Source: a bacterium
GTDB lineage: Bacteria > SAR324 > NAC60-12
Direction of reading: 5' to 3'
DNA length: 64,000 bases
Assembly: GCA_965233585.1 (NCBI GenBank)
Contig: CBDDTI010000747.1
Location: forward strand, 288,001-352,000
Under the pieces are notes generated by a model. That model was not told the DNA's origin. It ran no database searches and worked only from the letters and a program-made list of their open reading frames with translations. A program made the translations under genes and the position numbers. Each line of letters opens with the position of its first letter. Position 1 is the stretch's first letter. This document shows, piece by piece, positions 19,508-30,367 of the stretch.

Positions 19508-20044
19508 CTAGGCGTATTGTTCCACCACTTCATTCAGGCGGGTGTTGGCAAGGGCATTGGTGAAATTCGAAATGGTCTTGGCGGCAATTCCCACCAATAC
19601 TTCCAATGCTTGGCGTTTGGTGTATCCAGCATCTAAGAATGCTTGTAAACCGTCTTCGCCAATCCGTCCACGGGTTTGGATAATCGCCTTGGTATATGTG
19701 CGTAATGCTTCTAATTTTGTATCACTTAATGGGGTGCCCTCCCGTAATGCCTCGATAATATCATCGGATATTTTTTGCATTTTCATCAATATGGTATGCC
19801 CTGGTATACAGTAATGACACCTGTTTTCAAAATTCATGGTCATAAACACGACTTGTTGCTCAGTGGCATCAAAAGTACTTTTTTTGCCAAATAATTCCAT
19901 AGTCGTTAAATACGCCTCATATGCGGCGGGGGCTTCGGCTAAGATTTTGTGCATATCAGGGACTCTGCCAAAACTTGCCGCAGATTTTTCCATTAAGGCT
20001 TTTGATTCTTCTGGTGCCGTATCGATTTCATGGTATGTAAACAT
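19508..20044 (-). CDS. Carboxymuconolactone decarboxylase / AhpD-family protein
   Basis: NRCHYCIPGH (CxxC), TAPEESK, AAKTISNFTN. Confidence 0.9.
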   Translation of the reverse strand: MFTYHEIDTAPEESKALMEKSAASFGRVPDMHKILAEAPAAYEAYLTTMELFGKKSTFDATEQQVVFMTMNFENRCHYCIPGHTILMKMQKISDDIIEALREGTPLSDTKLEALRTYTKAIIQTRGRIGEDGLQAFLDAGYTKRQALEVLVGIAAKTISNFTNALANTRLNEVVEQYA

Positions 20045-20183
20045 AGGATTTTCCTTTCTTTATCTCTATGAGGATTATTATTGTGATGTATATTATATTA
20101 TATAAATGTATGTGTGTCAATATTTGATATATGAAATAAAATAGTATATATTCATATCAGAAATATGTAAAACGTATAAGACA

Positions 20184-20906
20184 ATGCGATATGCAACAAA
20201 AAATATAGCTATTATTGGTGCCAATGGGGCGTTGGGACATGCGTTTATATACGCATATGCCCAGCAGAACCATACCATATATGCGTTTAGCCGTGCCCCT
20301 GTTCAAAATCCCGTCGATGGTGTCATATATCACATGATGGATTATTTGGACGAAACATCCATTGCCCATGCTGTACAACACAGTACCAAAGCAGGAATGC
20401 TGGATATGGTTATTGTAGCGACAGGGCTTTTACATATGGATACGATATTACCAGAAAAATCCATTAAGCATATATCCGCCCACAATATGCAATCGTTGTT
20501 TATGGCAAATACAGTGGTTCCATCGTTGTTGGCAAAACACTTTTTACCATATCTAAGACGACACAGCAGGGCGATATTTACCGCCTTATCCGCACGAGTC
20601 GGCAGTATATCCGACAACCGCTTGGGCGGGTGGTATGCGTATCGCACTTCTAAGGCGGGGCTAAATATGATGATAAAAGGGCTTAGCATTGAAATGAGCC
20701 GTACCCACCCCCAGGCTATTGTTGTGGGATTGCACCCCGGTACAGTGGACAGCAATTTGTCAAAACCATTTCAAGCCAATGTGCCCATGGGAAAATTATT
20801 CACCCCATCCCAATCCGCACAGTATTTAATATCCGTTCTGGATGGTTTAAACCCCATCGATACAGGGCGATGTTTTGCTTGGGATGGTACAGAAGTATAT
20901 CCATAA
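20184..20906 (+). CDS. Short-chain dehydrogenase/reductase (CsgA/C-factor-like)
   Basis: GANGALG, LSARVGSISDNRLGGWYAYRTSKA, HPGTVDS. Confidence 0.92.
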   Translation: MRYATKNIAIIGANGALGHAFIYAYAQQNHTIYAFSRAPVQNPVDGVIYHMMDYLDETSIAHAVQHSTKAGMLDMVIVATGLLHMDTILPEKSIKHISAHNMQSLFMANTVVPSLLAKHFLPYLRRHSRAIFTALSARVGSISDNRLGGWYAYRTSKAGLNMMIKGLSIEMSRTHPQAIVVGLHPGTVDSNLSKPFQANVPMGKLFTPSQSAQYLISVLDGLNPIDTGRCFAWDGTEVYP

Positions 20907-20935
20907 TGTAAGATGTATTATAAGGAATATCACAT

Positions 20936-22342
20936 ATGGCACATATCGTTTGGTTTCGTCAAGATTTACGGTTGCAGGATAATCCTGCCTTGTATCATGC
21001 GTGTAAAATGGGCGACATATTGCCAATTTATATACACGATACATATAATCCAAACGATACTGAATCCATGGGAGGTGCAAGTAAGGTTTGGCTACACCAT
21101 GCCCTACAAGCATTAAATAAAAGTTTACATGGCAGCCTGTCTGTATTTGCAGGCAATCCACAACAGATATTATCCGATTTAACAAACAAATATTCTGTGC
21201 AATCGATACATTGGAATCGATGTTATGAACCCTGGCAAATCCAACGCGACACATATTTAAAAAGCATTTTACCTGTTCAGGTAGCCAGTTACAATGGCAC
21301 ATTGTTATGGGAACCTTGGCAAATTACCAAAGCGGATGGTACGCCCTATTTAGTGTTTACACCATTTTATAAACGGGGGTGCTTAAACGCATCGCCCCCA
21401 ACGATGCCCTTACCTGTGCCAAAAAATATATCCATATTCCCACATAAAGAACATACGCATATTGAAGATTTACGGTTATTACCGACCCATCCTGCGTGGC
21501 ATACAAATACCATTATGCAGTATTGGAAAATGGGGGAAACGCAAGCACACAAAGCATTTAAAATATTTTTACAATCTGCTTTACCTGTATATAAACAAGG
21601 GCGGGATATACCATCGGTGAATCAAACTTCCCGCTTGGCACCGCATATTCATTTTGGGGAAATATCAGTGCGATATTTATGGCACATGGTATCGCAACAG
21701 CCCGAAAGTGAACACAAAGATACATTTTTATCTGAGCTGGGATGGCGGGAATTTGCGTATAACCAATTGTATTATAATCCCGATTTACCGATAAAAAATA
21801 TTAAGCCAAAATTCGACCACTTTCCATGGGGGGCGAATACAGAATATATTCGACCATGGCAACAGGGGATGACTGGTATTCCCATGGTGGATGCGGGTAT
21901 GCGCCAATTGTGGCAAACGGGATATATGCACAACCGTGTGCGTATGATAGTGGGATCATTTTTGGTTAAAAATTTGATGACCCATTGGCATCATGGGGAA
22001 CGATGGTTTTGGGATTGCTTGTGCGATGCGGATATGGCAAGCAATTCTGCCAGCTGGCAATGGGTGGCGGGCTGTGGTTTGGATGCCAGTCCGTTTTTCC
22101 GTATTTTTAACCCCATAACACAAGGGCAGAAATTCGACCCCGATGGTACATATATTCGTACCTTTATTCCCGAACTGTCCGCATTAAGTAACGATTATAT
22201 CCACGCCCCATATACGGCCCCGCCGATGGTATTACAATCGGCGGGGATTACACTGGGCAAAACATACCCTTATCCAATCGTCGATATAAAACAATCCAGA
22301 TTGCAAGCATTAAATGGATTACACCATATAAAAAACATGTAG
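20936..22342 (+). CDS. phrB: Deoxyribodipyrimidine photolyase (class I/III CPD)
   Basis: WFRQDLRLQDNPAL, TSRLAPHIHFGEIS, GYMHNRVRM, RIFNP. Confidence 0.95.
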   Translation: MAHIVWFRQDLRLQDNPALYHACKMGDILPIYIHDTYNPNDTESMGGASKVWLHHALQALNKSLHGSLSVFAGNPQQILSDLTNKYSVQSIHWNRCYEPWQIQRDTYLKSILPVQVASYNGTLLWEPWQITKADGTPYLVFTPFYKRGCLNASPPTMPLPVPKNISIFPHKEHTHIEDLRLLPTHPAWHTNTIMQYWKMGETQAHKAFKIFLQSALPVYKQGRDIPSVNQTSRLAPHIHFGEISVRYLWHMVSQQPESEHKDTFLSELGWREFAYNQLYYNPDLPIKNIKPKFDHFPWGANTEYIRPWQQGMTGIPMVDAGMRQLWQTGYMHNRVRMIVGSFLVKNLMTHWHHGERWFWDCLCDADMASNSASWQWVAGCGLDASPFFRIFNPITQGQKFDPDGTYIRTFIPELSALSNDYIHAPYTAPPMVLQSAGITLGKTYPYPIVDIKQSRLQALNGLHHIKNM

Positions 22343-22611
22343 ATTAGAGGATTTATATACTAGACTCTGTATTTATTTTTTGGGCTAACCCAGATTATGC
22401 AAACCAATTATCTAGCTCAAAATTAAAAGACATTAGATTTCAAGATTAATGACCTATAAAAAAGTAGTTGCTAATCATGTAGGCGGCGGTGTAAACTTGA
22501 CCCACAATAAAGCTAATAGCTATTGATGACAACCAAACACATGATTTTTTAGCTTAAAGTTTTCTACGAAAGTTATTAATTTTTTGCAACTACCTAATTT
22601 GAGGAATCCCA

Positions 22612-24004
22612 ATGAACTTACAAACTTTGATTAGCACGTCTGTTGTGGCAACTGGATTGTCTTTTGTTCTCTTTGCTTGTAACAAAGGTTTGAAAGAAGA
22701 TAAAAAAGACAATGAGCCTAACACAACACCACCTACTTTGCCAAGCTCTCTTGCCGCAAGCAATATCACAAACAGCAGAATAGACTTTTCATGGACAGCC
22801 TCAGAAGATGTTGACCAAGATGAAATCAGTTACCTAGTCTCTTACAAAAAGCAAAATGATTCATGGAGCGAAGAAATTTCTACTAACCAAAACAAATATA
22901 CTCTGAAGAATTTAGAGAGAGGTGCAAGCTATTTATTCCGAGTGAGAGCAAAAGACAGTCAAGGAGACCATAGTCAATATGCCACAAGTCCATTGATTCA
23001 AACTTCATTAGAAATCGTGTTAGGTGGAAAGTATGGCGAACGAGCTGACCACATGATACAAACAAGGGACAAAGGCTATGTCATTACAGGGTCTAAAAGG
23101 AGAGCGTTACCCCCCAGTGCTACAAGAGATGCTTATATTCTCAAATTAGATTCCGCTTTCAATCTTGAGTGGGAAAAGATTCTCATGTATTCCTACGAGG
23201 GGCTGTCCGTTATCCAAAAAACTAATAGCCACTACGTGATTGGAACTGACACTAATGCGCTTTGGGAATTGAATCCATCAGGAAAGCAAGTATCCAAGAA
23301 AGATTTTACAGCAGGAAGATTATTTGCTGCCAAACAGCTCATTCAAACTAGCGACAACGGCTATGCTTTCTTAGGAGCTTCAGCAACTTTGATAGGGGGG
23401 TGGTGCAGTCAGAAGAAAAAGATATGATTCAACAATTTTAAAAATTAAGGCAGACGAGACAAGACAATGGGTTGCAAATGTAGCAAACATCTCGCCTTCT
23501 TTCTTCATACAAAGCAATGATTCTCATTATGTTTTGGCAGGTACAGAAAATAGAAGATCAGCAGTCGTGTTGAAACTAAATTCCACTAGTCAAACCACCA
23601 TCTGGAGAAAAAGTTTTTCTGCTAGATATGCTGATTTTGTGATTCAAACTAATGATTCTCACTATGTTGTAGCAGGCAGGAAAAATGATAATGCTTGGGT
23701 CGCAAAGTTCAAGTCAACAGACCAAACAATCATCTGGGAAAAGACATTTAATCATCTTGATAGAGCATATACCATTATTCAGACAAGTGATGGGGGCTAT
23801 TTGGTCATAGCTAATGATGATTGGATTTTAAAACTAGATAGTTCAGGGAACAAAATTTGGGATAAAGCTTTTGGTGGTATAGGTTTGACTATGACTGAAA
23901 CAGACGATGGTCATTACATTGTTGCAGGTTTCACGACTGACAAAGGTGCAGGTCAAGAAGATATATGGATTGTAAAATTAGACACTCAAGGAAATTTGAA
24001 GTAG
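22612..24004 (+). pseudogene. FN3 + beta-propeller-repeat lipoprotein, copy 1, frameshifted at a G6 tract
   Basis: Paralog of 24338-25726; removing one G from 23395-23400 restores a continuous frame (IGGGAVRRKRYDSTILKIKADETRQWVANV). Confidence 0.85.
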
Positions 24005-24047
24005 ATAGAGTTTTTTTACAGAGAACTTGGCAGAATAGAAACGATTT

Positions 24048-24180
24048 TTTGGATTGTATGTATCGTGTATATAAATCGGCAATATGTCGCCCATTTTACA
24101 TGCATGATATGAGGCGGGATTATCCTGCAACCGTAAATCTTGACGAAACCAAACAATATGTGCCATACGTGATATTCCTT
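24048..24180 (-). repeat. Inverted 133-bp copy of the photolyase RBS and 5' end
   Basis: Reverse complement of 20922-21054 with several substitutions. Confidence 0.9.
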
Positions 24181-24337
24181 TAAAAATAGTTGCTAATAAC
24201 GCAGACAGTTGGGATAATACTGAGCTAGACAAGCTGAGAATTATTGATGTCAAATATGGCAAACACATGATTTTTTAGCTTAAAGTTTTCTACGAAAGTT
24301 ATTAATTTTTTGCAACTACCTAATTTGAGGAATCCCA

Positions 24338-25726
24338 ATGAACTTACAAACTTTGATTAGCACGTCTGTTGTGGCAACTGGATTGTCTTTTGTTCTCTTT
24401 GCTTGTAACAAAGGTTTGAAAGAAGATAAAAAAGACAATGAGCCTAACACAACACCACCTACTTTGCCAAGCTCTCTTACCGCAAGCAATATCACAAATA
24501 GCAGAATAGACTTTTCATGGACAGCATCAGAAGACGCTGACCAAGATGAAATCAGCTACCTAGTCTCTTACAAAAAGCAAAATGACTCATGGAACAAAGA
24601 AATTTCTACTAACCAAAACAAATATACTCTGAAGAATTTAGAGAGAGGTGCAAGCTATTTATTCCGGGTGAGAGCAAAAGATAGCCAAGGAGACCATAGT
24701 CAATATGCCACAAGTCCATTGATTCAAACTTCATTAGAAATCGTATTAGGTGGAAAGACTGGAGAGAGGGCTGACCACATGATACAAACGAATGACAAAG
24801 GCTATGTCATTACAGGATATAAGAAAAGATACTTGCCCCCCAGTACTATAAGAGATATTTATGTTGTCAAATTAGATTCTGCTTTCAATCTTGAGTGGGA
24901 AAAGGTTTCCATGTATGGGGACGATAGTCTGTCCGTTATCCAAAAAGCTAATGGTCATTATATGATCGGAACTGACGAAATGACACTTGTAGAGTTGAGT
25001 CCATCAGGAAAGCAAATATCCAGGAAAAATTTTACAGCAGGAAGATTCTTTTTTGTTAAACAGTTCACTCAAACTAGCGATAATGGCTATGCCTTTTTGG
25101 GTGGTACAGTAACTTTGGTCGGAGATGCCAAAAGATATGATTCAGGAATTTTAAAAGTTAAATCAGACGAGACAAAAGAATGGGTTGCAAATGTGGCGAA
25201 TATCATACCTTCTTCCTTCATACAAAGCAATGATTCTCATTATGTGATAGCAGGTACAGAAAATAGAAGATCAGCAGTCGTGTTGAAACTAAATTCCACT
25301 AGTCAAACCACCATCTGGAGAAAAAGTTTTTCTGCTAGATATGCTGATTTTGTGATCCAAACTAATGATTCTCACTATGTTGTAGCAGGCAGGAAAAACG
25401 ATGACGCTTGGGTCGCAAAGTTCAAGTCAACAGACCGAACAATCATCTGGGAAAAGACATTTGATCAGGAGGGCGATACTGATAGCGTACATTCCATTAT
25501 TCAGACAAGTGATGGCGGCTATGTGGTTCTAGCTAACGATGCTTGGATTTTAAAACTAGATAGTTCAGGGAACAAAGTTTGGGATAAAAACTTTGGAGGA
25601 GAAGGTTTGACTCTCACTGAAACAGACGATGGTCATTACATTGTTGCAGGTTTCACGACTGACAAAGGAGCAGGTCAAGAAGATATATGGATTGTAAAAT
25701 TAGACACTCAAGGAAATTTGAAGTAG
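24338..25726 (+). CDS. FN3 + beta-propeller-repeat lipoprotein, copy 2 (intact)
   Basis: Lipobox LFAC; FN3 (W...Y...YTLKNLERGASYLFRVRA); repeated IQTxDxGYVxxG...KLDSxGNxxWxK units. Confidence 0.88.
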   Translation: MNLQTLISTSVVATGLSFVLFACNKGLKEDKKDNEPNTTPPTLPSSLTASNITNSRIDFSWTASEDADQDEISYLVSYKKQNDSWNKEISTNQNKYTLKNLERGASYLFRVRAKDSQGDHSQYATSPLIQTSLEIVLGGKTGERADHMIQTNDKGYVITGYKKRYLPPSTIRDIYVVKLDSAFNLEWEKVSMYGDDSLSVIQKANGHYMIGTDEMTLVELSPSGKQISRKNFTAGRFFFVKQFTQTSDNGYAFLGGTVTLVGDAKRYDSGILKVKSDETKEWVANVANIIPSSFIQSNDSHYVIAGTENRRSAVVLKLNSTSQTTIWRKSFSARYADFVIQTNDSHYVVAGRKNDDAWVAKFKSTDRTIIWEKTFDQEGDTDSVHSIIQTSDGGYVVLANDAWILKLDSSGNKVWDKNFGGEGLTLTETDDGHYIVAGFTTDKGAGQEDIWIVKLDTQGNLK

Positions 25727-26299
25727 ATAGAGTTTTTTACAGAGAATTTGGCAGAATAGAAACGATTTGAGGAAAGAGGATTAAAAGTGCAATGGTTGCA
25801 ACATCTGCGATAAAGAACGGGAAACACCCCCTAAACACTTGTTGTACAGGAATATCAGGACGCACTGAAGAGACAACGAAGCAATTCAAGCCAATCGGAG
25901 GAGTGATGAGGCAAAGCTCTACCATCTTGACAACGATGATGCCAAACCAGATTGGGTCAAATCCCAATGCCACTACGCTAGGATAAACGATTGGAAGGGT
26001 CAACAATAACATTCCTATTGCATCCATGAACATACCAAGCACTCCATACACCGACAAGATGCAAATCAAAATGACCATTGGAGAATAATCTAAAGACACA
26101 ATCCATCTCTCCAAACTCTCTGGAACACCAGAAAATCCTAAAAATCTGACATAAATCAAAATTCCCCAAATCAAAGTGAAGATCATCACAGTCAATCGTG
26201 AAGTCTCAAGTAAGACTTCTTTGAACTGCTTCCATCTCATTTTATTTTTGTACGCATAAAAGAAGACCAGCAATGCCCCCAAAGCCCCGTCCCTTTGGG

Positions 26300-27058
26300 G
26301 GCAGTGTTCACTTGATATTGGCATGATATTTTTCAAACCTTTTATAGTCAAAGAAGAGTTGTAGAGAGTGTTCCAGCATGTCAAAAGTTTTGGAATGTCG
26401 TTTAGATTTTCTCATCAAGCGAGCTAGGTTATCTCTGATGGAAGAATTAGAAGATTCAATGAGATGAGTGTTGTCCTTGCCTATCTGATGCTTTTGTGGA
26501 ATTTGGAGTTGTGCAAATGCCACTTGATAGCATGAGTTGGCATCTGTATAAATCGTTTCAATTCTAGCTCGTTGTGCTTTGACTAGTGCATACAGCTGCT
26601 TTGCTGCTGCTAATCCTTTGCCTATCACAAAGGCAATCACACATTGTTCTTGACGAGAATAGGCTGTCCAAACAGCTACTCTTTGGCTTTTTTTTGAACA
26701 AAAGTGTAGATCTCATCCATCTCTATACTATCTACTTGTGCATGGAAACTTGGTGCGTCTTTTGGAAGTTGAGACACTCTAGCTTTTTTGATCCAGTTGA
26801 CAATTGAAGCGGGAGACACCTGCAAAAAACGAGCGATCTTTCTGATGCCTACACTATTGACATACATCTCTAAGGCTTGACGCTTGGTCTCTAGTGGGAT
26901 TCTCAACCCATTTGAGGTGAATGCTCTCTGACATGACTTGCAACGATACCTCTGAACCCCTTTGTAACTTCCATTCTTGATATAAGTCTGACTCCCACAA
27001 TGATGACAACTTCTCATTTCCATTCCTCAAATTCACTCTCACATGCAATGACAATACC
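26300..27058 (-). mobile_element. IS1-family insertion sequence, type B (759 bp)
   Basis: Ends GGTATTGTCA... and GGCAGTGTTC...; InsA 26676-27023 (CHHC..CKSC, EMDE, A-tract), InsB 26308-26640 (YTD, IESSNSSIRDNLAR). Confidence 0.9.
26308..27023 (-). CDS. IS1-family transposase, type B (InsA+InsB, frameshift)
   Basis: Two overlapping-frame ORFs with a zinc finger, HTH and DDE-type motifs. Confidence 0.85.
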
Positions 27059-27839
27059 AACTAAACACCGCCGCCTCTGTGGGTGACGCTAGCCCAAAAT
27101 AAATCCCTCCAAAAATAAACAAAATGACTAGAAAAATAGGTAAGACGCCCGGAAGAGATTGAAACCTCTGTAACCATGTGAAACCTGTGATGTGGGGGAC
27201 TTGCTGAGGCTTGGCTAATCCAATTCCGACAATCAACAACACATAAATCAAAGCAGAAAAGAGACCGGGTAAAAACCCTGCAAGCAAGAGCTTGCCGACA
27301 GACTGTTCTACAATCACAGCATAAATCACCAGCATCGCACTGGGTGGAATCAAAGTGGCAAGAGTCCCCCCTGCCGCAACGACTCCAGCCGCCAATCGCT
27401 TATCGTAGCCAACTTGCAAGAGTTCTGGGATTGCAATGCGTGAAAAGACAGCAGCTGTGGCAATGCTAGCTCCTGACACTGCAGAAAACCCTGCAGTTGC
27501 AAAAATTGTTGCCACGCCAAGACCACCGGGAAGCCAGCCCAGCCATCGTTTTGCTGCATCAAAAACAGCTCTGGTCAGACCTGCATGATAGGCAAGGTAT
27601 CCAATCAAAATAAAAGCAGGCAAGACGCTCAACGCATAAGTCACCACTTTGGAATGAGGCACGGTGCCAGCCATTTGAATCGCCACCCAAACGCCTTTTT
27701 CAAATCCTAACTTCTGCGAAAAAATAGCAACAAGACCTAGCAATCCAATAGAAGCTGTGGCAAAAGCAACTCTCATTCCCATCACAACAAGCACAAGCAA
27801 TGCAAGGGTGAACACAACACCTAAGGTGAGGGCGTCCAT

Positions 27840-28469
27840 TTATTCAGACTCCTTTGTCTCTTGGTGTGCCTGTTCCGCTTTTTCCTCCACACTCAAAATG
27901 ACAGGAACAGCAGTGGGCGTTTTGGTAGGGTCAATGGCAAGTCTCACATATCCGAAAAATTGAATCAAAACCCTTAAAAACAAGAGTCCAAACATCAAAG
28001 GAATTAACAATTTACTGGGCCAGACGACAAGACCGATGTTAATCGTCGTGTCTCCGTTAGTCCAAGCCCTAAAAAAATGCTGGTATGTTCCTAAAATGAG
28101 AAGAAAAAACAAAGAATTAGCAAGTAAAGTAGTGAGGCTTTCTATACCCCAAAGTAACCTTCCTTTGAGCCTTTCTAAAACCATCTCCATACGGATATGA
28201 CCATCGGTTCGCTGACAATGTGCAATGCCTAGAAAAGCAAACACGACCATCGCTTGCTCCACTAAGTCAATATAACCGGGAATGGGTTGGTTGAAAAAGA
28301 AACGACTGATGACCTGACTTGCACCTAAAATTGTCAATAAAAAAATGGTCAGTCCTCCTAAAAAACTTAATCCATTCTCCAAGTGAGACAAGTAGCTGTG
28401 ACACTTGCAAATGAACTTTGCCAAAGCATCATCAGGTTGTTGGGTCGTCAAAGATTCTTGATACTGCAT
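27840..28469 (-). CDS. dctQ: TRAP transporter small permease DctQ
   Basis: Four TM helices, GHIRME motif, abuts dctM. Confidence 0.9.
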   Translation of the reverse strand: MQYQESLTTQQPDDALAKFICKCHSYLSHLENGLSFLGGLTIFLLTILGASQVISRFFFNQPIPGYIDLVEQAMVVFAFLGIAHCQRTDGHIRMEMVLERLKGRLLWGIESLTTLLANSLFFLLILGTYQHFFRAWTNGDTTINIGLVVWPSKLLIPLMFGLLFLRVLIQFFGYVRLAIDPTKTPTAVPVILSVEEKAEQAHQETKESE

Positions 28470-28485
28470 GAAAGAGACCTTTAGG

Positions 28486-29229
28486 TCATTTGCGTTTCAT
28501 AAAGACATTGTATCTAAATTGAGAATTGCTATAGCCTTCTACTTGCTGAGTTTCAATTTCCATATCAAAGGAATTCTTTTGAGCAAACTCGGCAAAAAAA
28601 TCCTTGCTATAAAAAAGATGACGCAAATTTTGATAGAGTTGGTTGTATTTCTTTTGACCTAAAACATCAATGCGAGATTGGATATAATCCTTCTCATAAT
28701 CTAAATCATTGACATCTAATATAAACATCAGCCCACTATCATTCAAATAGGTAGCCATGCTTTTCAGAACACTTAAAGCATAATCCTGATTTGGGAAATA
28801 ATGAAAAACAGAATGACTGATAGCTAAATCCACCCTCACATTATTCAGTTTTTGATTCGCTTCTTGGCAAAAAAGCCTTGCATTAGGCATCAGTTTTTGA
28901 GCAATTTTGATAAATCCTTGAGAATAATCACAACCCAATGTTTGATAACCTTGACTGTAAAAAAAATTTAATAGCAACCCTGCTCCACAACCAATTTCTA
29001 GAACACTCTGACAATTCCAATCATTTGCTTTTTGAATGATATGACTTGCATATTCTATGTAAACTTCTTTAGAAATATAGCCACCAGCTTGATGATTAAA
29101 ACCTCCTAATTCAATAAGTTTCTCCAGACTTAACTCTGTTGTAACATCAACATTAGATTTTTTATCCCAAATGTTTTTCCAATCTTTGAGAGTTGAGTTG
29201 TTTTCAATAGTTTGTTTCAGAGAAGTCAT
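28486..29229 (-). CDS. Class I SAM-dependent methyltransferase
   Basis: VLEIGCGAG, GCDYS, HSVFHYFP. Confidence 0.9.
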   Translation of the reverse strand: MTSLKQTIENNSTLKDWKNIWDKKSNVDVTTELSLEKLIELGGFNHQAGGYISKEVYIEYASHIIQKANDWNCQSVLEIGCGAGLLLNFFYSQGYQTLGCDYSQGFIKIAQKLMPNARLFCQEANQKLNNVRVDLAISHSVFHYFPNQDYALSVLKSMATYLNDSGLMFILDVNDLDYEKDYIQSRIDVLGQKKYNQLYQNLRHLFYSKDFFAEFAQKNSFDMEIETQQVEGYSNSQFRYNVFMKRK

Positions 29230-30241
29230 TTCACAGCATTCAAAGCTGTCTCCAACAGCTCCCTTGCAGGAACTCCTTGAGCTTCTTTTTCTTCAATCCA
29301 CTGGTCCCAAATGGTGGAAGCCTTAGAGCGAATCAACTTTAAGTCAGCAGGAGAGTAGGTGATTTTCTTCATTTTGCGTTGTTCAGCCGCTTCCTCAAAT
29401 CTTGTGTAATATTGACCATACTGGCTCACGTAATGGTCTAATGCCTCATCAACAGAACCAAGTAAAACCTTCTGATATTTTTGAGAAAGGTCATCAAACG
29501 CTTGCTGATTGACAACCACAGGGCAGTCCACAGTCCCGGGATTGAGGTTGGTTGTGTAATACTCACCAAGTTCTACCATCTTAAACGCCAAATGAGCATG
29601 AGGGGCAAACCCAGCGGCATCTAACGCACCTGTGTCTAGTGCTGTATAAGTTTCTGATGCTGTAAACAAGGTTGGAATGGCACCAAGTTCTTTCACTAAT
29701 TTTCCTGCTCCTCCACCTAAACGGATGCGCATACCTTTCAAATCTTTCACTGTCATAGGGGGTTTACCACGACCAACCAAATTGTATTGGGGCAATGGCG
29801 TTGGCATCAGTAACATGGCATTCCAACACCTGATGTCTTTTTTGACTGCAGGATGTTGATAGACCGCTTGGTTGATTTGAATTTGTTCGTTCAGGTTGTC
29901 AGCAGGTAGAAAAGGCAAAGACCCGACAGTCAAAGCAGGGGTTTTTTCAGGGTGATAAATCACACAAAATTGAGCCATTTCAAATGCTCCAATAGAAATT
30001 CCATCAAGGTTTTCTCTGGATTTAGAAAGGACCCCCCATAATGAAGTTTAATTTGAAACTTGCCGTTTGTCTTTTGAGATACCACTTCAGACAATTTTTC
30101 TACATTCTCTGTAAACCCTCTCCGTTTACCCCACAAAGACACATTCCATTTCACTTGCTCTGCAAGAATTTCTGACGTTCCAAAAGCTGTTAAAGCCAGC
30201 CCGAAACCTAATTTGACGATTGTTTTCATATTCATAAACAT
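29226..30241 (-). pseudogene. dctP: TRAP substrate-binding protein DctP, frameshifted at a G6 tract
   Basis: Adding one G at 30032-30037 joins the two ORFs as HYGGVLSKSRENLDGISIGAFEMAQFC; DLKGMRIR motif. Confidence 0.85.
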
Positions 30242-30247
30242 TTTTAT

Positions 30248-30319
30248 AAAGTTAAATCAAAAAGTTAAATCAAGATGATAAAAAACAGATTGAGTGTAAA
30301 GACACCTTTCTATGGTGTC
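30248..30319. promoter_or_regulatory. Candidate operator features upstream of the TRAP operon
   Basis: Tandem 13-mer aaagttaaatcaa x2 (30248-30273) and IR gacacc-N7-ggtgtc (30301-30319). Confidence 0.35.
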
Positions 30320-30367
30320 AAGAGAATTTTTGACGGCATTTAGTTGAGTTTAGAGCAAATTCATTTT

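Larger units (their letters stand above)
25737..27839 (-). pseudogene. dctM: TRAP transporter large permease DctM, interrupted by an IS
   Basis: N-part 27839 to ~27073 (GTLATLIPPS...SPTEA); C-part ~26290-25737 (GALGAL...ITPPIGLN). Confidence 0.9.

Noticed and set aside
22612..25726. Diversity-generating retroelement (TR/VR pair)
   Set aside because: Differences between the copies are not adenine-specific, include indels and span about 1 kb; no reverse transcriptase is in the window.
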